32,000 nt of DNA from Prochlorococcus marinus subsp. pastoris str. CCMP1986 (GTDB lineage: Bacteria > Cyanobacteriota > Cyanobacteriia > PCC-6307 > Cyanobiaceae): NCBI RefSeq assembly GCF_000011465.1, contig NC_005072.1:120001-152000 (forward strand), in the 5' to 3' direction. A program made the position numbers and the translations under genes. Shown here piece after piece: positions 19,518 to 31,576 of the stretch. How positions within the stretch are numbered: the first letter of the stretch is position 1; each line of letters begins with the position of its first letter. The notes under the pieces are model-generated. The model saw only the letters and a program-made list of their open reading frames with translations. It did no database searches and was not told the origin of the DNA.

Positions 19518-20426
19518 CTATTTGATCCTTGAGATCAAATAAGATATTGGTATTTCAAACGCTTTTACTGAATTCTTTACATAAGCTCTATTATTAAATA
19601 CATCATAATCTAATCTTTCAATAGAATCTAATATTCCTCTGTAAAGGCGTAAAGATGTCCAGACAGGCCATCTTGCATCTGCGGATAACCACTTAATACC
19701 ATCTTCAGATTTTTTAAACCAATCCCGAGCTCTTATTAATTGGAAATTCATAAGCATTTTCCACTGATTATTTATTACTCCTTTTAATAACTCTTCTTCA
19801 GAATAATTAAATTTATTCATGTCATCTTGGGGTAAATATATTCGACCTCTTTGTCTATCTTCTCCAACATCTCTTAAAATGTTGGTAAGTTGATTTGCTA
19901 TTCCTAGAGCTATTGCTGATTCTGATGAGTCAGGCATGTTGCTCCAGGGGGCTGATGTATAAGCACTGTCTATGCCCATTACATTCTGAGTCATTAATCC
20001 CACTGTCCCTGCGACGCGATAACAGTAAAGCTGTAATTCAGAAAAACTTTTGTATCTAAATTTTTCAAGATCCATTCTCTGCCCCTCAATCATATCTAAA
20101 TATGGTTCTATATTCTGTGGAAATTTTTCTATAGTATCGAAAAGAACAGCATCTAATTCTGTTTGTATTTTTCCTTTGAAAACATTTCTTGTGTTTTCTT
20201 CCCATTCATTTAAATTATCGGAAAGTTCTTCAGTTGTCTTGGTTGAAGCTTCAATACTATCCATTATTTCATCAGTTCTCCTGCACCAAACGTAAATCGC
20301 CCAAATCGCTTTTCTTTTTTCGTACGGTAATAAAAGTGTTCCTAAATAAAAAGTTTTAGCCCATTTTTGAGTTTCTTTTTGGCATATTTCATATGCTTTA
20401 TTAAGTTGGGATAATGAATTTTTCAA
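19518..20426 (-). CDS. crtB: Phytoene synthase
   Basis: YVWCRRTDEIMD, VGLMTQNVMG, ANQLTNILRDVGEDRQRGRIYLPQDD motifs; downstream of phytoene desaturase. Confidence 0.96.
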   Translation of the reverse strand: MKNSLSQLNKAYEICQKETQKWAKTFYLGTLLLPYEKRKAIWAIYVWCRRTDEIMDSIEASTKTTEELSDNLNEWEENTRNVFKGKIQTELDAVLFDTIEKFPQNIEPYLDMIEGQRMDLEKFRYKSFSELQLYCYRVAGTVGLMTQNVMGIDSAYTSAPWSNMPDSSESAIALGIANQLTNILRDVGEDRQRGRIYLPQDDMNKFNYSEEELLKGVINNQWKMLMNFQLIRARDWFKKSEDGIKWLSADARWPVWTSLRLYRGILDSIERLDYDVFNNRAYVKNSVKAFEIPISYLISRIK

Positions 20427-20445
20427 AAAAATTTTTTTTTGAGGT

Positions 20446-21909
<1,464 letters not shown>

Positions 21910-21957
21910 CTAAAGTTAAGACATAAATGTTTTTTTTGTTGATTATTTTTCAGAATT

Positions 21958-22305
21958 ATGGAAAAAATGCTTTTAAAGTCAACCACTAGGCATGTAAGAA
22001 TTTTTACTGCTGATGTGATTAATAACGATTTAGTATTCCATCCTAATAAATTAACTCTCGACTTAGATCCTGATAATGAATTCATTTGGAATGAAGACTC
22101 CTTAAAAAAAGTAAATCAAAGATTTACTGAACTTGTTCAAGAAAGAGCCGGAAAAAGTTTAGATGACTATGAACTTCGTAAAATAGGATCAGAAATTGAA
22201 GGTTTAATCAAATATTTGCTTCAAAATGGATTACTAAGCTATAACCCCGAATGTAGAGTCATGAATTATTCAATGGGTTTACCTAAGACTAAAGAAGTAC
22301 TGTGA
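21958..22305 (+). CDS. ndhM: NAD(P)H-quinone oxidoreductase subunit M
   Basis: [17 protein letters not shown]...[31 protein letters not shown]...[13 protein letters not shown]. Confidence 0.92.
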   Translation: MEKMLLKSTTRHVRIFTADVINNDLVFHPNKLTLDLDPDNEFIWNEDSLKKVNQRFTELVQERAGKSLDDYELRKIGSEIEGLIKYLLQNGLLSYNPECRVMNYSMGLPKTKEVL

Positions 22306-22919
22306 ATAAATATCCTAATAGAGGTCCAAGAAGAGACCCTGGCAAAAATTCCTACTCCTCAAGGGATCGCGATAACTATATACAGCGGGATAGACGTATA
22401 TCACCTTCTAACTCTGGACAAAAAAATAATTTCAGCACCGGAACGATTGCTGTACTTGCTGGCGTTTTGATACTAGGGGTAGGTATAGGGAGCGCCATTA
22501 CCAGTACAACAGATGGAGGGCAAGGTAATATAGCTAGTCAACAGCAATTAGATATGGCCGTTCCAGACCCTGAATTTTGTAGGCAATGGGGAGCAAGTGC
22601 TTTTGTGATTGATGTAGAAATGTATACAACACTTAATCCTTCAACTAGTTTCGTAACACAACCGGCACTGCAACCTGGCTGCGTTATTCGAAGGGAAAAT
22701 TGGACAGTGTTACAAAAACAAGGAGCTATAAGTAATGAGGATGTTAGAGAATGTAAGCAAAGAATGAATACTTTTGCTTACATAGGTTCAATAAGAGATA
22801 AGCCTATTGTTAAGTGTGTGTATCAGACTGATGTAAATGAGAACAAATTCATTATCAAAGGAGATGGACAAGCTGAAGATGGAGGGGTGGGAATCAATAA
22901 GGAAGCTATTCAATTTTAG
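22302..22919 (+). CDS. Conserved cyanobacterial membrane-anchored protein (possibly DUF3172)
   Basis: Basic, Asn-rich N-terminus, one TM segment [21 protein letters not shown], then [26 protein letters not shown]; 4-nt overlap with ndhM. Confidence 0.8.
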   Translation: MNKYPNRGPRRDPGKNSYSSRDRDNYIQRDRRISPSNSGQKNNFSTGTIAVLAGVLILGVGIGSAITSTTDGGQGNIASQQQLDMAVPDPEFCRQWGASAFVIDVEMYTTLNPSTSFVTQPALQPGCVIRRENWTVLQKQGAISNEDVRECKQRMNTFAYIGSIRDKPIVKCVYQTDVNENKFIIKGDGQAEDGGVGINKEAIQF

Positions 22920-23869
22920 ATTGAGTTAACTTGCCTTAATGGGCTCTCAGAGCTTGCAAATTGAGGCAATATATATTTTTTAAAAACTTCTGATGCTCTA
23001 GATGTGTATCTTGATGGATTTGTAATTAATTTTAACTCCCTTTTTACCTCTAAATCAGCTAGGTGGGGTTTGTGAATTGACCCACCTGTTAATTCTCTCT
23101 CAATAGAAACAACAGGTAAAAAAGAAACACCAAGACCAGATTGAACTGCATTTTTAATTGCTTCAAGAGAATTTAACTCCATTTCTATTTTTAATCTTTG
23201 AATATCAAGACCAGAATCCTTTAAAAGTTTATCAACAACTTTTCTGGTTGTTGATTGAGAATCTAATGTGACGAAATTTAGTTTGTATAAATCTTCTTTC
23301 ATCAATTCTTTCTTGTTTGCAAGTGGGTGTTTTGGTGGTAATACAAGAGCTAATTCATCAGTTGCATATGGAATTACTTGTAACAAGTTTTCTAGATCGC
23401 TTGGTAATTGACCTCCAATTATTGCTAAATCAATTTGACCATTAGCAACGCTCCAACCTGTTCTTCTAGTACTGTGAACTTGTAGTTGGACAGATACATC
23501 AGGATATTTTTGACGAAAAAGCCCTATCATTCTTGGCATTAAGTAGGTACCGGTAGTTTGACTAGCTCCAATTATGAGTGTTCCGCCTTTTAAACTATTT
23601 AAGTCTTCAATAGCTTTGCAAGCCTCATCACATTGATTAAGTATTCTTTCGCAATATTCAAGTAAAAGCTTACCTCCTTCCGTTAAAAGTGCTTTTCTAC
23701 CACCTCTATCAAAAATTGTTATTTCAAGTTGTTTTTCTAAATTTTGAATTTGCAAACTGACAGCTGGTTGAGTCACATAAAGTAAATCAGCAGCCTTTTT
23801 AAAACTTCCTTGAGCTGCAATAGCTTTTAATATTCTTAATTGGTCAAGAGTAAACGGTAATTCTGGCAT
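22916..23869 (-). CDS. rbcR: LysR-family transcriptional regulator, RbcR/NdhR-like
   Basis: [45 protein letters not shown] plus substrate-binding domain; located between ndhM and ndhF. Confidence 0.85.
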   Translation of the reverse strand: MPELPFTLDQLRILKAIAAQGSFKKAADLLYVTQPAVSLQIQNLEKQLEITIFDRGGRKALLTEGGKLLLEYCERILNQCDEACKAIEDLNSLKGGTLIIGASQTTGTYLMPRMIGLFRQKYPDVSVQLQVHSTRRTGWSVANGQIDLAIIGGQLPSDLENLLQVIPYATDELALVLPPKHPLANKKELMKEDLYKLNFVTLDSQSTTRKVVDKLLKDSGLDIQRLKIEMELNSLEAIKNAVQSGLGVSFLPVVSIERELTGGSIHKPHLADLEVKRELKLITNPSRYTSRASEVFKKYILPQFASSESPLRQVNSI

Positions 23870-23953
23870 TATTTTTATGCCTACAATTTAACTTTAATTC
23901 TAATACCTAAGGGTATTATTGTTAATGATGAAAAACTTGTATTTTGAAATTAT

Positions 23954-24682
23954 ATGGAGACTCACAAAACTTCGTTATTGATTTTGGGATTAATATTAAT
24001 TTTTGCTGTTATACATAGTGGAGGTGCTGCTTTAAGAAGTAGAGCAGAGGCTTTTATGGGAGCAAGATTATGGAGATTGCTTTTTGTTTCTTTGAGTTTG
24101 CCATCTGCACTGATTTTAATCAGTTATTTCTTAGCTCATAGATACGATGGAATTAGATTATGGAATTTTCAGGGTAATCATTATGTATTTTTGTTGGTTT
24201 GGATTTTAACTGCTATCAGTTTCTTATTTTTATATCCTGCAACATATAATTTATTAGAAATTCCTTCAGTTTTAAAACCTCAAGTTAGGATATATGGCAC
24301 TGGAATAATGAGAATAACAAGACATCCGCAAGCATTTGGCCAAATTATATGGTGTTTAGCTCATACATTATGGATTGGGACATCTTTTACATTCATAACT
24401 TCGATAGGGCTAATTTTGCATCATCTTTTTGCAATATGGCATGGTGATAAAAGATTAGAAATTAAATTTGGTGAAGAATTTTATAAGTACAAAGAAAGTA
24501 CCTCAATAATCCCATTTGTCGCAATATTTGATGGAAGACAGCAAATTAAACTAAAAGAATTTTTTAAATTATCACAAATTGGGATATTAATAGCCATTGC
24601 AATAATCTGGTGGTCTCACAAATATATAAATATTGCTGTTACAACATTTAATTCATCTTTTATGTCTAAAATTTTCAATTAG
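23954..24682 (+). CDS. NnrU family membrane protein (Z-ISO, zeta-carotene isomerase-like)
   Basis: HSGGAALRSR, RHPQAFGQIIWCLAHTLWIG, HHLFAIWHGDKRLEIKFGEEFYKYKE; multiple TM segments. Confidence 0.85.
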   Translation: METHKTSLLILGLILIFAVIHSGGAALRSRAEAFMGARLWRLLFVSLSLPSALILISYFLAHRYDGIRLWNFQGNHYVFLLVWILTAISFLFLYPATYNLLEIPSVLKPQVRIYGTGIMRITRHPQAFGQIIWCLAHTLWIGTSFTFITSIGLILHHLFAIWHGDKRLEIKFGEEFYKYKESTSIIPFVAIFDGRQQIKLKEFFKLSQIGILIAIAIIWWSHKYINIAVTTFNSSFMSKIFN

Positions 24683-24715
24683 CAGTTTAGTATTAATGTA
24701 TTAATCTTATTAAAT

Positions 24716-26728
24716 ATGCCTCAAGCTTCAGAAATTGCCTGGTTGATTCCTGTCTTTCCACTTATTGGAGCGGTGTTTTCTGGTTTGGGTTTAATATGTG
24801 CGAATAAAAAAATCAATAATTCTAGAGAAATTGTATCTATCAGCCTTTTGTCATTCGTTGGTGTTTCTGCGGTAATCAGTTATAAAACATTAATTGAGCA
24901 AATCAATGGTTACCAATCAGTAGAAAAATTATTTGTTTGGGCAAGTGCTGGTGATTTCACAATCCCAATGGGATTTGTTCTCGACCCATTAGGGAGCGTA
25001 ATGCTCACATTGGTAACCACTATTACTTTATTAGTCATGATTTACTCTCATGGTTATATGGCTCATGACAAAGGTTACGTAAGATTTTTTACATATTTAG
25101 CACTTTTCAGCAGTTCGATGATGGGATTAATTATTAGCCCAAACTTATTAGAAATATACGTTTTTTGGGAATTAGTAGGAATGTGTTCATACTTATTAGT
25201 TGGTTTCTGGTACGACAGAGATGGTGCAGCAAATGCTGCTCAAAAAGCTTTTGTCGTCAATAGAGTTGGAGATTTTGGCTTATTACTCGGAATTTTGGGT
25301 TTATTTTGGGCTACAAAAAGCTTTGATTTTAATGAAATTGCAGTAGGAGTATCACAGTCAGTTTCAGAGAATTCATTGCCAGTCTGGGCTGCATTATTAC
25401 TTTGTTTTTTAGTCTTCTTAGGACCTATGGCAAAATCTGCTCAATTTCCTCTTCATGTATGGCTTCCAGACGCTATGGAAGGACCAACCCCTATTTCAGC
25501 TCTTATTCATGCAGCGACGATGGTTGCTGCTGGAATATTCTTAGTAGCAAGGCTCCAACCTCTATACTCTTTATTCCCTTCAATTCAATTTATTATTGCT
25601 TTAGTTGGTACTATTACATGTTTCTTAGGAGCGTCTATAGCCTTAACCCAGATGGATCTCAAAAAAGGTTTGGCATATAGTACGGTTTCTCAGCTCGGGT
25701 ATATGATGCTTGCGATGGGTTGTGGTGCTCCCGTAGCAGGGATTTTTCACTTGATAACACATGCTTGTTTCAAAGCAATGTTGTTTTTAGGGTCTGGCTC
25801 CGTTATTCATGCCATGGAGGAAGTTGTTGGTCATCAACCTGTACTTGCTCAAGATATGAGGTTGATGGGAGGTTTAAGAAAAAAAATGCCCTTTACTTCT
25901 ACGACTTTCTTAATAGGTTGCGTAGCAATAAGTGGTATTCCTCCATTAGCTGGATTTTGGAGTAAAGATGAAATATTGGGAAACGCCTTTATCTCATTTC
26001 CAGCTTTTTGGTTTGTGGGTTTTTTAACAGCTGGAATGACCGCCTTTTATATGTTTAGACTTTATTTTTTAACTTTTGAAGGAGATTTTAGAGGTGAAGA
26101 TAAGGAATTACAAAAAGAACTTTTATTAGCTTCTAAAATTAATGTAGAAGAAGAACATGAAGAAGAACATGGTTCACTCCATGAGTCTCCTTGGTCAATG
26201 ACATTCCCATTGGTTTTTCTAGCAGTACCTTCAGTAATAATTGGGTTTATGGGATTTCCTTGGGATAGTAAATTTGCAAACTTATTAGATCCCGAAGAAG
26301 CATTGATTGCTATACAGTCTTTTGAATTAAAAGAATTTTTGCCTCTAGCTATTGCATCTGTTTTCATTGCCTCAATTGGTATAACTATTGCTTATCAAGC
26401 TTATTTTGCTAAGAAAATAAACTTATCAATATTATTTGCACAAAGATTTCCATCTGTTAATAAGTTCTTATCAAATAAATGGTATTTAGACGATATTAAT
26501 GAAAAACTTTTTGTGAAAGGTAGTAGAAAACTTGCAAAAGAAGTTTTAGAAGTTGATTCCAAAGTTGTAGATGGAGTGGTAAATCTTACTGGACTTGTAA
26601 CATTGGGTAGTGGGGAGGGCTTAAAGTATTTTGAAACAGGCAGAGCTCAATTTTATGCTCTGATAGTTTTTGGAGGAGTAATTTTGTTGGTAGCAATATT
26701 TGGTTTCCAATCTCCCCAAGTAGCTTAA
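24716..26728 (+). CDS. ndhF: NAD(P)H-quinone oxidoreductase subunit 5 (NdhF1)
   Basis: 670 aa antiporter-like subunit; GMCSYLLVGFWYDR, QFPLHVWLPDAMEGPTPISALIHAATMVAAGIF, DLKKGLAYSTVSQLGYM. Confidence 0.96.
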   Translation: MPQASEIAWLIPVFPLIGAVFSGLGLICANKKINNSREIVSISLLSFVGVSAVISYKTLIEQINGYQSVEKLFVWASAGDFTIPMGFVLDPLGSVMLTLVTTITLLVMIYSHGYMAHDKGYVRFFTYLALFSSSMMGLIISPNLLEIYVFWELVGMCSYLLVGFWYDRDGAANAAQKAFVVNRVGDFGLLLGILGLFWATKSFDFNEIAVGVSQSVSENSLPVWAALLLCFLVFLGPMAKSAQFPLHVWLPDAMEGPTPISALIHAATMVAAGIFLVARLQPLYSLFPSIQFIIALVGTITCFLGASIALTQMDLKKGLAYSTVSQLGYMMLAMGCGAPVAGIFHLITHACFKAMLFLGSGSVIHAMEEVVGHQPVLAQDMRLMGGLRKKMPFTSTTFLIGCVAISGIPPLAGFWSKDEILGNAFISFPAFWFVGFLTAGMTAFYMFRLYFLTFEGDFRGEDKELQKELLLASKINVEEEHEEEHGSLHESPWSMTFPLVFLAVPSVIIGFMGFPWDSKFANLLDPEEALIAIQSFELKEFLPLAIASVFIASIGITIAYQAYFAKKINLSILFAQRFPSVNKFLSNKWYLDDINEKLFVKGSRKLAKEVLEVDSKVVDGVVNLTGLVTLGSGEGLKYFETGRAQFYALIVFGGVILLVAIFGFQSPQVA

Positions 26729-26812
26729 TAACAAATGTGTGTCTTCACTGTCCATGGGATGAAAAAATCTAGATAATTTCTAGAATTTGTTTAAGATCAT
26801 TTTCTTATTCAT

Positions 26813-28453
26813 TTGAGCAGCTATTTTTTTACACATTTTGCACTACATACAATAGGAACATTGGGTGGAGTTATACCTGATTTCCCTTGGCTCTCAGTAT
26901 CTATTCTTTTCCCTATTGGATGCGCATTTCTGATACCTTTTTTCCCCGATAAAGGAGAGGGTAAAGAAGTAAGATGGTTCGCTTTAAGTGTTGCTTTAAT
27001 TACTTTTCTAGTAACAGTAGGATCTTACATAAACGGTTTTGATATCAATAATGAAGATGTTCAACTTAAAGAAAGTATAAATTGGCTTCCTAATCTAGGA
27101 CTTACTTGGTCAGTCGGCGCTGATGGAATGTCAATGCCTCTTATATTATTAACTAGTTTTATAACGGCGCTAGCTGTCTTAGCTGCATGGCCTGTAAAGT
27201 TTAAGCCAAAATTATTTTTCTTTTTAATACTTATCATGGATGGAGGACAAATAGCTGTTTTTGCTGTTCAAGATATGCTCCTATTCTTTTTAAGTTGGGA
27301 ACTGGAACTTTTGCCAGTATATTTACTTTTAGCTATCTGGGGAGGAAAAAATAGACAATATGCAGCTACAAAATTCATTATCTATACAGCTGGGAGTTCT
27401 ATCTTTATCCTTTTAGCTGCGTTGGCAATGGGTTTTTATGGAACTGAAGTTCCAAATTTTGAGTTTTCTCATTTGGCTAATCAAGATTTTGGCCAAAACT
27501 TTCAAATCCTTTGTTACATAGGTTTGTTAATTGCTTTTGGTGTAAAACTCCCTATTGTCCCTTTGCATACCTGGCTCCCTGATGCTCACGGAGAGGCTAC
27601 AGCACCTGTTCATATGTTGTTGGCTGGAATTTTATTGAAGATGGGCGGATATGCTCTTTTAAGATTTAATGCACAATTATTACCTATTGCACATGCTCAA
27701 TTCTCTCCACTATTAATAGTTCTTGGAGTAGTCAATATAATATACGCTGCATTAACATCATTTGCACAAAGAAATCTTAAAAGGAAAATTGCTTATAGTT
27801 CAATAAGTCATATGGGGTTTGTCTTAATTGGGATAGGAAGTTTTAGTAGTCTTGGGACAAGTGGAGCGATGTTGCAAATGGTTAGTCATGGACTAATTGG
27901 AGCAAGTTTATTTTTTCTTGTTGGAGCAACTTATGACAGAACGAAGACTCTAAAACTAGATGAAATGGGTGGAGTAGGACAAAAAATGCGTATTATGTTT
28001 GCATTATGGACTGCCTGCTCTCTTGCTTCTCTTGCCTTACCAGGTATGAGTGGATTTGTTTCTGAGTTAATGGTATTTACTGGATTTGTTACGGATGAAG
28101 TTTATACTTTGCCTTTTAGAGTAATAATGGCATCTTTAGCTGCAATAGGGGTGATACTTACTCCAATTTATTTACTGTCAATGTTACGTGAGATTTTCTT
28201 TGGTAAAGAAAATCCAAAGTTAACTGAAGATAAGAATTTAATTGATGCAGAGCCTAGAGAGATATATATTATAGCCTGTTTACTCTTACCAATAATCGGG
28301 ATAGGTTTATATCCAAGGTTAGTTACAGAAAGTTATTTGGCTACAATAAATAACTTGGTTGATAGAGATTTAAATGCTGTTAAAAACATACCAAAGACAA
28401 ATGTTTTTGCAGGAAATAAATCAAATCAAATATTAAAAGCACCAACTATATAA
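26813..28453 (+). CDS. ndhD: NAD(P)H-quinone oxidoreductase chain 4 (NdhD1)
   Basis: [72 protein letters not shown]. Confidence 0.96.
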   Translation: MSSYFFTHFALHTIGTLGGVIPDFPWLSVSILFPIGCAFLIPFFPDKGEGKEVRWFALSVALITFLVTVGSYINGFDINNEDVQLKESINWLPNLGLTWSVGADGMSMPLILLTSFITALAVLAAWPVKFKPKLFFFLILIMDGGQIAVFAVQDMLLFFLSWELELLPVYLLLAIWGGKNRQYAATKFIIYTAGSSIFILLAALAMGFYGTEVPNFEFSHLANQDFGQNFQILCYIGLLIAFGVKLPIVPLHTWLPDAHGEATAPVHMLLAGILLKMGGYALLRFNAQLLPIAHAQFSPLLIVLGVVNIIYAALTSFAQRNLKRKIAYSSISHMGFVLIGIGSFSSLGTSGAMLQMVSHGLIGASLFFLVGATYDRTKTLKLDEMGGVGQKMRIMFALWTACSLASLALPGMSGFVSELMVFTGFVTDEVYTLPFRVIMASLAAIGVILTPIYLLSMLREIFFGKENPKLTEDKNLIDAEPREIYIIACLLLPIIGIGLYPRLVTESYLATINNLVDRDLNAVKNIPKTNVFAGNKSNQILKAPTI

Positions 28454-28524
28454 TTTTCTTAATAAGTTTATTATTTTTTGGCATAACAATTGATATAAAG
28501 ATATCTTGAGAAAGATTATATTTA

Positions 28525-29397
28525 ATTAAAGTAACTAATTCTCAATCTACTGATGGGTCACAGCTAGGGCCTAGATTACTCATAAAATTCCTTCAAGATG
28601 CAGCTGGAAGGGGTGATCTTGATCCATGGGATATTGATGTTATAGGTGTTATAGATAGTTTTTTAGAGCAGTTTAATCAAAATTTGCAATATTCATCCAA
28701 TAACCAAACTTCATATCAAAAAGACTTATCTGAGACAAGTGAAGCATTTTTTGCCGCCTCTGTATTAGTTAATTTAAAAGCTCAAGTTTTAGAATCTGAT
28801 GTATTTCAAGAAGAAACATTAGGTTATGAAGAAGAAATTGGGATGGATAACCAAGAATGGATTAATCAAGGATTTGACATGCCAAAATATCCTGAAAAAT
28901 ATCTTAGAAGAAGATCTGTAGCTCAACCCGTTATTAAACGTACATCTACATTAGGAGAACTTGTTAGTCAATTGGAATCTATAGCAGAAATAATTGAAAC
29001 GCAGGATCTTTTGCTTATGAAAAGGAAAAGAAATAAAAAATATTCTGATAAAGTTTTGATCTCTAAAGTTCAATCTTTAGCACATCGTGAAAAGCTTCCT
29101 GAAACAACTAAAGCACTTGGCAAGTTTCTTGATGGATGGGAAAAGGCATTGCAATGGACTGATTTTGAATATTTAGTTAATAAATGGCAGACAGTAGTAA
29201 AAAGTGATTTAGATAAAGACAGACTGGGTGTATTTTGGGCTTTGTTATTTTTATCATCAGAAAATAGAATTGAATTAAAACAACAATATTCTCTCTATGG
29301 GCCAATACAAATTAAAAGGATTATTCCAGATGGAGAATTAGCTCAATTACCTATTGAAAATCTTGAGGTTTCAGAAACTTCTTCGACTGCTGCTTAG
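28525..29397 (+). CDS. scpA: Segregation and condensation protein A (ScpA); start codon uncertain
   Basis: In-frame conserved N-terminus LGPRLLIKFLQDAAGRGDLDPWDIDVIGVIDSFLEQ lies upstream of the tracked TTG start (28684) and opens only after TGA at 28507; 28525 is an ATT candidate. Confidence 0.82.
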   Translation: MKVTNSQSTDGSQLGPRLLIKFLQDAAGRGDLDPWDIDVIGVIDSFLEQFNQNLQYSSNNQTSYQKDLSETSEAFFAASVLVNLKAQVLESDVFQEETLGYEEEIGMDNQEWINQGFDMPKYPEKYLRRRSVAQPVIKRTSTLGELVSQLESIAEIIETQDLLLMKRKRNKKYSDKVLISKVQSLAHREKLPETTKALGKFLDGWEKALQWTDFEYLVNKWQTVVKSDLDKDRLGVFWALLFLSSENRIELKQQYSLYGPIQIKRIIPDGELAQLPIENLEVSETSSTAA

Positions 29398-29446
29398 TAG
29401 TAAAAGAGTAATAAAGTATAATCTTTAAAAAGGGTATATAGAACTG

Positions 29447-30625
29447 ATGAAGGCAATGATACTTGCAGCAGGCAAAGGAACTCGCGTTCAGCCAATAACG
29501 CATATTATTCCTAAACCAATGATTCCTATTTTGCAAAAACCCGTGATGGAATTCCTCTTGGAACTTTTAAAAGAACATGGTTTTAAAGAAATAATGGTAA
29601 ATGTTTCTCATCTTGCAGAGGAAATAGAAAACTATTTTAGGGACGGACAAAGATTTGGTGTTGAGATAGCCTACAGCTTTGAAGGAAGAATTGAAGATGG
29701 AGAAATGATTGGTGATGCTTTGGGTTCGGCCGGAGGATTAAAAAAAATTCAAGATTTTCAAAACTTTTTTGATGAAACTTTTGTTGTATTGTGCGGCGAC
29801 GCCTTAGTTGATTTAGATTTGACTGAAGCGGTTAAAAATCATAAGAAAAAAGGTGCAATAGCAAGCCTAATAACAAAAAAGGTAACTAGAGAACAGGTAT
29901 CTAGTTATGGAGTTGTAGTATCTGATGAAAATGGGCGAATTAAAGCTTTTCAAGAAAAACCAGATGTAGAAGATGCTTTGAGTGATTCAATTAATACTGG
30001 TATTTATCTTTTTGAGCCTGAGATTTTTAACTATATTCCATCAGGAGATAAATTTGATATTGGTGCTGATCTTTTTCCTAAACTTGTTGAAATGGATTTA
30101 CCATTTTTTGCTTTGCCGATGGATTTTGAGTGGGTAGATATTGGAAAAGTTCCTGATTACTGGAGTGCGATTAGAAATGTTTTATTAGGTAAAGTAAGGC
30201 AAGTGGAAATTCCTGGTAAAGAAATAAAGCCTGGAGTCTTTACTGGTCTTAATGTTGCTGCAAATTGGGATAAAGTTAATATAAAAGGACCTGTTTATAT
30301 CGGAGGGATGACAAGAATAGAAGATGGTGCAACTATTATTGGCCCCTCTATGATTGGACCAAGTTGTTGCATTTGTGAGGGTGCAACTATTGATAATTCT
30401 ATAATCTTTGATTATTCAAAAATTGGGAAAGGAGTACAACTTGTCGATAAATTAGTATTTGGTAGATATTGTGTTGGAAAGAATGGAGACCATTTTGATT
30501 TGAAAGATGCTTCTTTGGACTGGTTAATAACAGACTCAAGAAGATTAGATTTAACTGAACCATCTCCTCAACAAAAAGCGATGGCAGAATTACTAGGAAC
30601 TGATTTGATTAACATTCCAGATTGA
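29447..30625 (+). CDS. Sugar-phosphate nucleotidyltransferase (NDP-sugar pyrophosphorylase, mannose-1-P guanylyltransferase-like) with left-handed beta-helix domain
   Basis: MKAMILAAGKGTRVQPITHIIPKPMIPI, VVLCGDALVDLDL, hexapeptide-repeat C-terminus IEDGATIIGPSMIGPSCCI. Confidence 0.92.
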   Translation: MKAMILAAGKGTRVQPITHIIPKPMIPILQKPVMEFLLELLKEHGFKEIMVNVSHLAEEIENYFRDGQRFGVEIAYSFEGRIEDGEMIGDALGSAGGLKKIQDFQNFFDETFVVLCGDALVDLDLTEAVKNHKKKGAIASLITKKVTREQVSSYGVVVSDENGRIKAFQEKPDVEDALSDSINTGIYLFEPEIFNYIPSGDKFDIGADLFPKLVEMDLPFFALPMDFEWVDIGKVPDYWSAIRNVLLGKVRQVEIPGKEIKPGVFTGLNVAANWDKVNIKGPVYIGGMTRIEDGATIIGPSMIGPSCCICEGATIDNSIIFDYSKIGKGVQLVDKLVFGRYCVGKNGDHFDLKDASLDWLITDSRRLDLTEPSPQQKAMAELLGTDLINIPD

Positions 30626-31499
30626 GACCAGCTTTTTCAAGTATCTCTGGGATAAGATGTTCTGATTTGACTGCCATAAGATGAATTCCATCTGCAATAT
30701 TAATAAAATCTTGAGCTTGCTCTGAAGCAATTAATATTCCTTCTTGAAGTGGATTTTTTGCATCTTTGAGACGATTTAAAACATTTTCAGGAATATTCGC
30801 TCCAGGTACAAATTTATTTATGAAAAGAGCATTTTTATATGATTTTAAAAGAAATACTCCTGCAATAACTGGTATCTCAAGTGGATTACTGATTTCGTTG
30901 CAAAAGTCTGCTAAACATTTTCTATCCATAACTATTTGAGTTTGTAAGAAATTTGCACCGGCCTCTTTTTTTTTAATTGTTCTACTTTTTAAACTTCTTT
31001 GATTTCGACAACTTGGATCTACTGCCGCACCTGAGAAAATTTCAGTCCTTTTGTCTGGAAGTTGTTCAAAAGTAGGATCAATTCCTTGATTGAATGATTG
31101 AATTTGTTTTAATAATCTTACTGCCTCAAATTCATGAACGGCTTTTGTTTCTTGCTGATCTCCGGCTTTTACAGAATCTCCTGTAATGCATAAAATATTT
31201 TTAATTCCTAAGGCATTTGCTCCAAGAATATCTGATTGTAAAGCAATTTTATTACGATCTCTACATGAGATCTGCATTATAGGTTCTATCCCATTGTCTA
31301 GTAATAGTTTAGACATTGCTAAACTACACATTCTCATTATTGCTCTACTTCCGTCTGTAATATTAACTGCATGCACCTTATTTCTCAAGAGTTGTGCTAT
31401 TTTAAGAGATCTTACGGGGTCTCCTCCTCTTGGCGGCATTAATTCTGCTGTAATTACTTTTGAATTCTTTTCTAAAGTTTGCTGAAGTTTTGATTTCAA
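30609..31499 (-). CDS. metF: Methylenetetrahydrofolate reductase family
   Basis: VITAELMPPRGGDP, VHAVNITDGSRA, IKNILCITGDSV, GANFLQTQIVMD. Confidence 0.88.
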   Translation of the reverse strand: MKSKLQQTLEKNSKVITAELMPPRGGDPVRSLKIAQLLRNKVHAVNITDGSRAIMRMCSLAMSKLLLDNGIEPIMQISCRDRNKIALQSDILGANALGIKNILCITGDSVKAGDQQETKAVHEFEAVRLLKQIQSFNQGIDPTFEQLPDKRTEIFSGAAVDPSCRNQRSLKSRTIKKKEAGANFLQTQIVMDRKCLADFCNEISNPLEIPVIAGVFLLKSYKNALFINKFVPGANIPENVLNRLKDAKNPLQEGILIASEQAQDFINIADGIHLMAVKSEHLIPEILEKAGLNLEC

Positions 31500-31576
31500 T
31501 TGCTTTTTTGCCTTACTTGGTTAAGAAGTTTACTGTTGCTGCTAAACTCAACTAATATATTAAAGGAACTGTTTAA

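Noticed and set aside
25402-26367. ORFs 25402-25680 (+), 25720-25965 (+) and 26062-26367 (-)
   Set aside because: Alternate frames within ndhF, which is intact in its own frame; Ser/Cys-rich shadow translations.
29351-31485. ORFs 29351-29536 (-) and 31186-31485 (+)
   Set aside because: Antisense to the scpA/nucleotidyltransferase junction and to metF; no homology signal.
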